From an uncultured cyanobacterium (GTDB taxonomy: Bacteria; Cyanobacteriota; Cyanobacteriia; Cyanobacteriales; Nostocaceae), in NCBI GenBank assembly GCA_963706595.1, contig OY970166.1, forward strand, positions 3,328,001 through 3,392,000: a DNA stretch of 64,000 bases, in the 5' to 3' direction. Position numbers and translations under genes: made by a program. The notes under the pieces were generated by a model that was not told the DNA's origin, searched no databases, and saw nothing but the letters and a program-made list of their open reading frames with translations. Positions 1-8,559 of the stretch are shown here, in pieces; the first letter of the stretch is position 1, and each line of letters begins with the position of its first letter.

Positions 1-55
1 TGATGTGAAGTTGATAGTTTTCTCTTGGTTCAACTGCAACGATATCTTTAAGCAT
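1..55 (-). CDS. DUF2442-family protein, 5' end only (putative antitoxin partner of DUF4160); truncated by window edge
   Basis: ATG at 55 reads MLKDIVAVEPRENYQLHI, typical of a DUF2442 N-terminus; starts 3 nt after the DUF4160 stop. Confidence 0.7.
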   Translation of the reverse strand, partial: MLKDIVAVEPRENYQLHI

Positions 56-58
56 GAT

Positions 59-319
59 TTACTCTAATGGGGAGATTTTCTGTAAAGTTTGATTTTCTCT
101 AGCCAGTTCCCAGTCTTCCATCAGTTCGGCTTGATGCAAAGTTGCCCATTCTGTGACTAGTTTAAAGAGTCTGGTTGTCAGTTCTCCTTCTAGAATTTCT
201 AGAGTTTGAATGCTGACTATGGCCTTTTGGTTATTGTACCGAACATGAAAGTGTGGCGGTGGATGGTCGTTGTAGTACATGGTGATGATAATTCCAAAAA
301 AACGGCTAATTTCTGGCAT
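59..319 (-). CDS. DUF4160-family protein (putative type II TA toxin)
   Basis: MPEISRFFGIIITMYYNDHPPPHFHVRY signature, 86 aa. Confidence 0.85.
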   Translation of the reverse strand: MPEISRFFGIIITMYYNDHPPPHFHVRYNNQKAIVSIQTLEILEGELTTRLFKLVTEWATLHQAELMEDWELARENQTLQKISPLE

Positions 320-323
320 TACT

Positions 324-1190
324 TCACTCCCTGGTTTCGATATCGTATAACTGGCATAAAGTGAGCAGTTTTTGTTTTAGGCGATCGCGCACATTTTCTG
401 GCATAATCACTACACAGTCTGGCGCATATTGCATCACTTCACGACTAAACCAAAAGGTACTGGATACACGCCTGATAACTCGCCGCACTTTGGGTTTATC
501 TGGTAGCCATTCATTGATATTGTCTTCTGGTTTCGCTTTATAGCCAAAAGCCAAGCCACCAAATATGTGCATTTCTACTTCTATCTCATCTAAGTGATTA
601 CGCCACTCCCCAGGAATAGAAATCACCGCCGCATCTGTAATTCTATCTAAACGCAAACACCAGTTATGAATTAGTTCGGGGATATCAAAGTTTCCTTCTG
701 TTTCTTCACACCAGCAATCAAGATATTCCCGCTTTTCGTGGGGATTAAGCTTTGCATGGCGGACGGTAAAATTAAATATACGCCCTGCTGGATCTTGATA
801 GGAAAGCTGAAATGGTTGCTGTCGCCGGATATAGTTATCTATTTGTAAGCGCCAAGCTGGGGGGAGGTTTTCTAGGAAACCTTGAATTTCGGTTCGCAAT
901 GGTATTGATAGTTCGCTGCGTTCGAGAAGTAAATTGGCAATAATTTGAGCTTGTTCTATTTGTCCAATATCGGTTAATGCACCAATACATCGGTGTAATG
1001 CCCTAATGCGGGCTTCTGTCCAATCATTATTATTACCGATAAGTAGCTTTCTTTGAGCGATCGCTTCTACCAGTTTCGAGATATTCGGGCGATCGCCCCA
1101 CATCATACCAAATTGTAAGGCGATCGCTTCTAGTTCCGCTTTATCGCGTTCTGTTAAAGAGAGAGTTATAGACTGACCTTTCCGACTCAT
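324..1190 (-). CDS. WYL-domain transcriptional regulator with N-terminal RHH-like domain, CRISPR I-D associated (Sll7009-like)
   Basis: SITLSL..DKAELEAIA N-terminus; FQLSY..REYLDCWCEE..LRLDRI WYL core; divergent from cas3. Confidence 0.85.
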   Translation of the reverse strand: MSRKGQSITLSLTERDKAELEAIALQFGMMWGDRPNISKLVEAIAQRKLLIGNNNDWTEARIRALHRCIGALTDIGQIEQAQIIANLLLERSELSIPLRTEIQGFLENLPPAWRLQIDNYIRRQQPFQLSYQDPAGRIFNFTVRHAKLNPHEKREYLDCWCEETEGNFDIPELIHNWCLRLDRITDAAVISIPGEWRNHLDEIEVEMHIFGGLAFGYKAKPEDNINEWLPDKPKVRRVIRRVSSTFWFSREVMQYAPDCVVIMPENVRDRLKQKLLTLCQLYDIETRE

Positions 1191-1286
1191 ATTTATACGG
1201 ACACTTTATATGGATATATCTTGCCAATCTTTATTTTGCATGGCAATATAAGAAGTAACAACCAGTTACGGACACTATTTAAGTTT
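1191..1286. promoter_or_regulatory. Divergent WYL/cas3 promoter region with candidate operator repeats
   Basis: TACGGACACT direct repeat at 1196-1205 and 1267-1276; TTGCCA-N14-TGGCAA inverted repeat at 1221-1246. Confidence 0.55.
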
Positions 1287-3468
1287 ATGTCCGAAGAATA
1301 CAAAATTACTCTCAAGCCTGTTTATTCTCAAACCGTCCCCACACCTGACGGAGTGAAATTACCTAAAGATTGGTCGCTTTCTTGGCATCAATTAGCTACA
1401 TTAGAAGCACTACGCGATCCAAATATTGATGTAGTATTCAACACAGCCATGACAGGCGATGGTAAAAGCTTGGCTGCATATTTAGAAGTTCTCCAAAGTC
1501 AATTTTCCGCCATTGGACTTTACCCAACTAATGAACTCGCCCGTGACCAAGAAACGCAAATTAGAGGATATATTGAACAATTCCAGCCAGAAGATGAGCC
1601 GCGTGTAGTTAGATTAAGTGGGGCTGATTTAGAAAATTATGCCGAAAATGAAGGATTGAAAAAAGCAGCAGCAATTTCTACCCTCACTAGCCAAAGAGAG
1701 GTATTACTCACTAACCCCGATATTTTTCACTACTTGCATCGAGGGGCTTATATAATTCGTGGCGATAGCCCAGATAAGTTATGGGGCAGAATTGATAAAG
1801 ATTTTGACTTATTTATTTTTGATGAGTTCCATGTTTTTGCAGCCCCTCAAATTGCCAGTGTAATTAACACAATGTTGTTAATTCGCTGTACAAATCGCCG
1901 CAAAAAATTTCTGTTTCTCTCAGCTACACCAGACACAAATTTAATTGGTAGATTAGAACAGGCAGGATTTCGTTGTCAAGTTATTAATCCTATTGCCGAA
2001 AATAAATACCAATTTCCCGAAACACCAGAAGAAGGACAGCAACTGCAAACACAGGGCTGGCGGCAGGTAGTCGCGAACAATCTCATTGAATTTTATTCCT
2101 TTAGAACCTGCTTTTAAATCTTCGGAAACTTGGCTAAAAGAAAACAGTGATTTAATTTTAGCTCAATTTCAACAGTATCCAGGTAGTAAAGGAGCAATTA
2201 TTCTCAATTCAATTGCAGCAGTCAAACGCCTAACGGTATTCTTTCAGGAAATATTCAAACCTTATAAATTAACAGTAGGAGAAAATACCGGACTTTCGGG
2301 AAAAGGCATAAAAGAGCAAAGTTTGATGGCTGATTTAGTTATTGGCACTAGCACAATTGATGTGGGGGTGGATTTTAAAATCAATTTTCTGATTTTTGAA
2401 TCATCAGATGCAGGTAACTTTATTCAGCGTTTGGGGCGATTAGGCAGACATGAAGGCTATGAGAAAAATGGTCAAATAATTAAATTTGAAAAGTTTACAG
2501 CTTTTGCCCTTGATGCCTAACTTTTTAGTAGAACGTTTATTTCAGGTAGATTCAGCACCCTTAGAGGTAAATAGTATATATGAGCGTCCATGTTTTCATA
2601 ATACAATTAGTGAAAATTATCGACAAATAAATGATTTTCGTGGTTATTATCGCCGTTGGGGAACTGTACAATCATTTTGGCTGTATTATCAATTGAGCGA
2701 TCGCACAATTAAACAACAGTATGCCCAAAGCCGAGAAACAGTTTCAAAAAGCCTGTGAGGAAGTCTTTGGAAGCAAGCTGAATCCATAGCTGGACGTAGT
2801 TTCAGGATGGGCGAAAGAATGGAAAGCACTGTCAGGTAAATCAGGAAATCCCATCGCTGACGATGCGGCTAGTTTTCGAGGTTCTAGTCCTTTGCAATGT
2901 GGTATTATACGATTTAACCGAAGAAAACGAAGCAGACAGGTTTAAAACCTACGATTTACCGGGAATTTTGGGCAATTTGGACATTGAGATGTGGACAGAG
3001 GCGGGATTTGTACGGACACTTAAAGAAACCGCACAACGCACCGGACAACCCATAGCCAAAGGTAGATTTGCTCATTGTCTAGCATTTATGAAGTTGCGTT
3101 CCTACCGCGAGGAACGGCTGAACTGGAAATTTACATATCCTGGGGACTTACAGCCAATAGCCGACGCTTGGAAAGTTCAGGTTTTAACTGGCGTGGAAAT
3201 TTGGCAACCTGACAATCAATGGATTGGTGCAATTAACAAACGACTGAAGAAGGAAGGTTTGGTTTGTTATGTAATTCGCCGTCCTGTGTCTGAGGTGCGG
3301 ATGCGGTTACGGCTACCGATGCACTTTCAGATTTATCCCATTAGTGATCAGTATAGCTTTCATGATGTTAGTGCGCCGTATGCGATCGCCTTTGGTCACT
3401 CTGCACTGCTGCTAGATACCCTCGCTTACACGTTTAAAAGCACAGGAGATGAGATATGGATTGTTTAA
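1287..3468 (+). pseudogene. cas3: Type I-D Cas3' helicase, split by several frameshifts as sequenced (possibly sequencing indels)
   Basis: Motifs TGDGKS, YPTNEL, DEFH, LSATP, TSTIDVGVD and QRLGRLGRH spread over ORFs 1221-2117, 2086-2520, 2486-2758 and 2863-3468; no HD domain; likely start ATG 1287. Confidence 0.9.
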
Positions 3469-3469
3469 C

Positions 3470-3584
3470 GTTTCAATCCCTGATAGGGATTTTAGTGATT
3501 GAAAGTCTAAAGGCGGAAGAACGAGCAGTAGTACGTTCACAGGGTATTTTTTCAATCCCTGATAGGGATTCAATGAATTTAAGC
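3470..3584 (-). CRISPR. Single-spacer mini-array (crRNA-like regulatory RNA) with two degenerate I-D repeats, opposite orientation to the main array
   Basis: Repeats 3470-3505 and 3549-3584 keep AATCCCTATCAGGGATTGAAA of the main repeat on the minus strand; 43-nt spacer 3506-3548. Confidence 0.9.
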
Positions 3585-3646
3585 GCTTTAGACTTATACT
3601 ATAATTATAGTACACAAGTTTTACACAGGGTAAAAAAGTTTCCCTG

Positions 3647-3689
3647 GTTAATACAATGTGAACTCTATGTACTGTTCATTATTCTGACT
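3647..3689 (+). promoter_or_regulatory. Predicted target of the mini-array crRNA: GTT PAM plus partial protospacer overlapping a TACAAT -10-like box upstream of ORF 3700
   Basis: PAM GTT 3647-3649; guide nt 1-14 match 12/14; after a 2-nt offset guide nt 19-38 match 15/20. Confidence 0.8.
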
Positions 3690-3699
3690 AATCAGGAAA

Positions 3700-3996
3700 A
3701 TGCAAAATCGAAATGCCGACCCCCACCTGACCAACCTTATACTCAATGCTGATTTTGAGCATCTTAACCAAGCATTGACTCTACGCCTATTTGATGAAGT
3801 CCGTGAAAACCGACGTAGTATTAGTGCGTTAAAAAGACAATTAGACGCGCTAAATGAAGATATATTACACATACTTGACAATCAAGATATGGAAATAAGC
3901 GAGTGTAAGGATCTGATTCTGAATCGTATTAGAAATCAGACTAGCGAAATTGAAGAGTTAAGGAGTCTCGTTAATTGGTATTGCATACCAGACTAA
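3700..3996 (+). CDS. Hypothetical 98-aa coiled-coil protein
   Basis: ATG preceded by AGGA; heptad-like Leu/Ile pattern; no family recognised. Confidence 0.6.
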   Translation: MQNRNADPHLTNLILNADFEHLNQALTLRLFDEVRENRRSISALKRQLDALNEDILHILDNQDMEISECKDLILNRIRNQTSEIEELRSLVNWYCIPD

Positions 3997-4055
3997 AATG
4001 AGATTTTCAACGTATTAAATGAGACAAGCCTTTACCGCCAATAACTACTGCGGCT

Positions 4056-5075
4056 ATGAATAAACCAATTTCAGACGAATACAGAAATTTACTAATAGAA
4101 GTAAAACAACGCATTCGTTCTGCCCAATATGAAGCACTGAAAGCAGTCAATAAAGAACTCATTGCCCTTTATTGGGATATTGGAAAGATGATTGTTACTC
4201 GACAACAGAATGCTACTTGGGGTAAATCAGTGGTGGAACAGTTAGCAAAAGACTTACAAGCAGAGTTTCCTGGGATTAGTGGTTTTTCTACGGCAAACCT
4301 TTGGCGAATGAGGCTTTTTTATGAAACTTATACCAAGAATGAAAAACTCGCACCATTGGTGCGAGAAATTGGATGGACTCACAATATAGTCATTTTAGAA
4401 AAGTGCAAAGATGACTTGGAACGAGAGTTTTATATCAAAATGACTCGCAAATTTGGTTGGACAAAGAATGTTTTGATTCACCAAATTGAAAATCAAACTT
4501 ATGAAAAGACTCTGTTGAATCAGACTAACTTTGATCAAACTGTTCCAGCAGAGATCCGTAATCAATTAAAACTAGCTGTCAAAGATGAATATACTTTCGA
4601 TTTCTTGGAACTAGCAGATGAACACAGCGAACGACAGCTAGAAGAAGCGATTTTGGCAAGAGTTGAACCATTTTTACAAGAAATGGGCGGGATATTTGCT
4701 TTTATCGGTAGTCAATATCGACTAGAAATTAATGATGAAGAATATTTCATAGATATTTTATTATACCATCGCTGTTTAAAGTGTTTGGTAGCAATAGAAC
4801 TAAAAATTGGTAAATTTTTACCCGAATATATTGGTAAAATGCAGTTTTATTTGGCTGTATTAGATGACACGGTAAAATTACCTGATGAAAATCCTTCCAT
4901 TGGTATAATTCTTTGTAAATCTAAGCAGAGAACCATCGTTGAATATGCATTAAAAGAATCTAATAAACCAATTGGTGTAGGAACTTATCAAATAGTTTCA
5001 ACATTGCCTGAAGAATTAAAAAATCAACTTCCAGACCCAGAGCAAGTTGCAAAACTGCTAGAAGGTTTTGAATAA
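4056..5075 (+). CDS. DUF1016 / YhcG-family PD-(D/E)XK nuclease domain protein
   Basis: YWDIGKMI, KDEYTFDFL, IDILLYH..IELKIG and GKMQFYL..PSIGIILCK motifs. Confidence 0.9.
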   Translation: MNKPISDEYRNLLIEVKQRIRSAQYEALKAVNKELIALYWDIGKMIVTRQQNATWGKSVVEQLAKDLQAEFPGISGFSTANLWRMRLFYETYTKNEKLAPLVREIGWTHNIVILEKCKDDLEREFYIKMTRKFGWTKNVLIHQIENQTYEKTLLNQTNFDQTVPAEIRNQLKLAVKDEYTFDFLELADEHSERQLEEAILARVEPFLQEMGGIFAFIGSQYRLEINDEEYFIDILLYHRCLKCLVAIELKIGKFLPEYIGKMQFYLAVLDDTVKLPDENPSIGIILCKSKQRTIVEYALKESNKPIGVGTYQIVSTLPEELKNQLPDPEQVAKLLEGFE

Positions 5076-5168
5076 ACACTCGAATTTATAAAATTAATTA
5101 TGTGGTTAATCAATATCCGTTTTACGTGCGATAAATAAATACCTATTTAATTACATTGGATGTAGATA

Positions 5169-8100
5169 ATGAATAAAAAAACAAAACCCACCGCAAAAAA
5201 TCAACAACTGTCTTTGTTTGAAAATAATACTGAAGAAACGGAAGAATTAGAAGATGATTTCTTAAATCAAGACTTTGGCTTTGATGGTGATTCTTCAGAC
5301 CGTACCATTGAAAATGACGGCGAATTACTCACACTCAAGTTATTGCGAGAAGCAATTCAGGCGGAAAATCCTGATGATCAAGTAATGGCAGATTTTGCCG
5401 AATATGTTTTACCAAACTTGCTAAAGATAGCCATTGGTGTCACGGCTAAAGGAGGTAAATTCTTTGATGAAATCGACCAACAGCGAGAAGCAGAAGGTAA
5501 AACTAAAGTTAGGCGAGATAATGCTGCTGACCAATCTCTAAATACTCACTTACTCAATGGGTTATTTCCCGCTAATTTAATAGAAAAGCGGTTAGAAAAA
5601 CTCAATACCACAGTGCGGCGAGTGGTGAAAGAAAGAGAACGCCGCTTAGTAATTGCTGGGTTTATTTTACATGATTTTGAAAAATTTCCTGATGCACCAG
5701 AAGATTGTCGCAAGTTACCGTTAGCAGAACATCGCCAAATTATTGATCAAAAAGTTCGCCAGTTAGGACTTGATAAGTTTATCAACCCAGATAACTCAGA
5801 AGCTTATCGAGAGTATTTAGATGATTTATTGTGCATGGCTTATAATGCTCAACGACGCTGGGATACTAACTGGAATTTCTCGGAATTTGGCTTAAATCCT
5901 GTTCTCAAAGACCGTACCCTTCGCAGTCTGTCTGATTTAACTTGTTTGGCTGATTCTCTCGCTTCAATTGTTAAACATCCTCAAGATGCAGAAAATACCA
6001 GACTCCAAGAAATTATCCATAATTTGAGTGATGGACAGTTGAAATTTACCTATCACAGCATTGCTGAGAATAGAGGTGTTTTAACTAATGTGGTGAATAA
6101 TGCTTTAATTAAAGCTCATACAAGTCTTAACACTGATGAAAATATCTACTATGAACCTTTGTTATATCTGCCAACAGGTGTAATTTATTTAGCTTTGCGT
6201 AATGCGCCACCTATTGCACAAGCAGACTTATCAGACCGTGTAGTTGATAGTATTAAATCACTTTGTGCAGGTCAATTGCGCCTCAGACAAACAGGATTTG
6301 GTAGAGATGGTAAAGGTATGAAATATGCCGAATATTACAATTTATTCTTTGATGATTTAGGTTTAATGCGAGTAGCTTTAGATGCTACATTACGTATATT
6401 GAATCCAAACAAAACTTCTGTTGCTCAAAGTCGCAGTGAAAATCTGATTAAATTTCAGCAAAAAAATGTTTTATCTCCTGATTATAACTTTAACTTTACA
6501 GATGATATCCGCATCGACCAAATAGCCGAATTTGGTGATTTAATCAGTCGGAAGATTTGGGAAGAAACAGTTAATCGCATTGATGTTGCTAGGAAGAAAG
6601 ATAAAAAACTGCCAGCAGTTCCAGATTTAGATTTAACTCACAAAGTGGCAGAGTTTTGGAACTTAGCAGAATATTTACCCCCCATTCGAGAAATTCAACG
6701 CATTAATGAAAGTCTCAAAGAAAATAAGTTAAAAGGAAATACTGGCGGAGTACCTTATGAATGGTATTACCTCGCAGCGAAATATCTCGAACTTCATCCT
6801 GGAATTGAAAATGTCCGCGAAACTTGTCAGCAAGTTATCGATTACTTAGCAACTTTGATTTCTCCGATTATTTCTCAGTATGAATTACCTGATGGGTGGG
6901 ATGATTTAAGGCTTTGGGTAAATCGCGTTGTCATGTTACCAAACACAAATCAAGAATTATCACCCGAAACTCAAGTTCAGACATTTTTAGAGGAGTTAAA
7001 TAACTATAATGCTGCCAAAAAACCAGGACGAGGAAAACAACTTATTTGCTCAATTTCTCACTCAGCTTATACTGTGACTGAACAAATGGAATCAGCAGTT
7101 TTATTTACGCCGCAGGTTTATACAAATAAGCAAATGTTAGGAGGTTCTAACGCCAAGCGTAATATTTCTAGTATTGCTGGTGTAGAGATGATGCTGAGGC
7201 AAATATTAATGAATCAAACTCAAGCAGTTGGGAAACGATTTGAGGATGGTAAATATCGCTATCTCTACTTTTACCCGACTTATTACTTCACACCGGAAAC
7301 TAATAAGTTTTTGCAAAAAGCTTACAACGGTATTGCTCAAACTCGCTTTGATACCAGCGTCCGTAATCATTTTATCAGTAAGGATTTACAAGCCGATTTA
7401 TCTAGAGAAAATTACCAAAGTGTAGATAGTTTCTTAATTGACGAAAATCTCCAGGCTGACAAAGACCGCACATTTAAACTTTCTTATCCAGAAGACCAGC
7501 CTTTAACATTTTACTTCATGGCACTGCCACCAGGAAGAGATAGCACAGATACAGAATCTTGGGTAATGCCAACTTGGTTAGCCTTTGCTTTTCCGATGAT
7601 TTTAGATGTGAAAACTGTGGTTTCTGAGTCGCCAATTCCACCTTTTAACGATGGTTCTGAATTTGAGGAAAGCGTTTTCTTAGATAGTGCGCCTCATGCT
7701 TTCCGGGCTTTGGTAAAAAGAGATAGATTTCGTCTTGACTATATTCTGGAAGGTTGGCAAGAAAACGGTATTCAATACCCTGCACCCTTGAATGTGCTTA
7801 CAGCCGCTTATGCCATTCATTTAGATGTGAATGCTAGACAAGGTAAAACTGGTTACGATGCCAATTGGGGGAGATTTACAGAACTAGCAAAGGATTTTGA
7901 AACCAGTTCTTTGTATGTGTTTGCTTATCTCAATCGTTGGGTGCGTAACCAAGGAGTAGAAACAGCACGCATTGAGAAAATTAGGCTTTATGTCTATCAT
8001 TTTTACCCTTGTTTTGACCCTTATGTTAAATATGACAAAAATATGGAGCAATTAATTGTGGGAGAAGAATCAAGCCTAAATCATCCGAAAAAAGTAACAG

Positions 8101-8507
8101 ATTTATACCGCCGATTTTACCGAGCAAATAAGCGTTATAATCCCAAGTCTAATGCTGTGTTGAAACCAATAGATATCGCTGCTGAAACTATTCTTAAAGC
8201 TGACTCAAGTGTGTTTCATGGAGAAACATTAGTGGCGGCTGTAGCGGCTGAAGTCTTCAAACTCATGGATCGTGTTCATTCTTCTACTGCTGAAGGACGT
8301 TGGGTAATGAGTAAACGGGAGGAAGAACGACAAGCTGTTCTGGAGTTTGCTAAATATTTTGTACAGGAGGTATTTGAGAAATCTTTTGCAGGCGATCGCG
8401 CACGTTTAGCAGGTCGTCAACTTAACTTAATTCGAGATACTTGTGAATTTCTTTATCGCCTTGAAGATGACAAAGAAAATGCAGAAAAACTTGTAGAAAC
8501 CGAATAG
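5169..8507 (+). CDS. cas10d: Type I-D large subunit Cas10d (Csc3) with HD domain
   Basis: DQSLNTHLLNG and LHDFEK HD motifs; 1112 aa; position upstream of csc2 and csc1. Confidence 0.93.
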   Translation: MNKKTKPTAKNQQLSLFENNTEETEELEDDFLNQDFGFDGDSSDRTIENDGELLTLKLLREAIQAENPDDQVMADFAEYVLPNLLKIAIGVTAKGGKFFDEIDQQREAEGKTKVRRDNAADQSLNTHLLNGLFPANLIEKRLEKLNTTVRRVVKERERRLVIAGFILHDFEKFPDAPEDCRKLPLAEHRQIIDQKVRQLGLDKFINPDNSEAYREYLDDLLCMAYNAQRRWDTNWNFSEFGLNPVLKDRTLRSLSDLTCLADSLASIVKHPQDAENTRLQEIIHNLSDGQLKFTYHSIAENRGVLTNVVNNALIKAHTSLNTDENIYYEPLLYLPTGVIYLALRNAPPIAQADLSDRVVDSIKSLCAGQLRLRQTGFGRDGKGMKYAEYYNLFFDDLGLMRVALDATLRILNPNKTSVAQSRSENLIKFQQKNVLSPDYNFNFTDDIRIDQIAEFGDLISRKIWEETVNRIDVARKKDKKLPAVPDLDLTHKVAEFWNLAEYLPPIREIQRINESLKENKLKGNTGGVPYEWYYLAAKYLELHPGIENVRETCQQVIDYLATLISPIISQYELPDGWDDLRLWVNRVVMLPNTNQELSPETQVQTFLEELNNYNAAKKPGRGKQLICSISHSAYTVTEQMESAVLFTPQVYTNKQMLGGSNAKRNISSIAGVEMMLRQILMNQTQAVGKRFEDGKYRYLYFYPTYYFTPETNKFLQKAYNGIAQTRFDTSVRNHFISKDLQADLSRENYQSVDSFLIDENLQADKDRTFKLSYPEDQPLTFYFMALPPGRDSTDTESWVMPTWLAFAFPMILDVKTVVSESPIPPFNDGSEFEESVFLDSAPHAFRALVKRDRFRLDYILEGWQENGIQYPAPLNVLTAAYAIHLDVNARQGKTGYDANWGRFTELAKDFETSSLYVFAYLNRWVRNQGVETARIEKIRLYVYHFYPCFDPYVKYDKNMEQLIVGEESSLNHPKKVTDLYRRFYRANKRYNPKSNAVLKPIDIAAETILKADSSVFHGETLVAAVAAEVFKLMDRVHSSTAEGRWVMSKREEERQAVLEFAKYFVQEVFEKSFAGDRARLAGRQLNLIRDTCEFLYRLEDDKENAEKLVETE
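8058..8507 (+). CDS. cas11d: Predicted internally initiated small subunit Cas11d (149 aa), in frame within cas10d
   Basis: GGAG at 8045-8048, 9 nt before an in-frame GTG at 8058; size fits described Cas11d. Confidence 0.6.
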   Translation: MGEESSLNHPKKVTDLYRRFYRANKRYNPKSNAVLKPIDIAAETILKADSSVFHGETLVAAVAAEVFKLMDRVHSSTAEGRWVMSKREEERQAVLEFAKYFVQEVFEKSFAGDRARLAGRQLNLIRDTCEFLYRLEDDKENAEKLVETE

Positions 8508-8559
8508 ATAAATCTGTTCTTTTGGTACATCATAAAAAATCATTCTTTGGAGACTAATT

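Noticed and set aside
3011..3020. Third TACGGACACT copy inside cas3
   Set aside because: A single 10-mer in coding sequence can occur by chance; not counted as an operator
3624..3632. 9-nt match CACAGGGTA to the mini-array spacer on the opposite strand
   Set aside because: No GTN PAM and guide positions 1-2 mismatch; the 3650-3689 site is far better
3412..3881. ORFs 3412-3615(-), 3456-3752(+) and 3648-3881(-)
   Set aside because: They overlap the mini-array, promoter or ORF 3700 and show no protein-like signal
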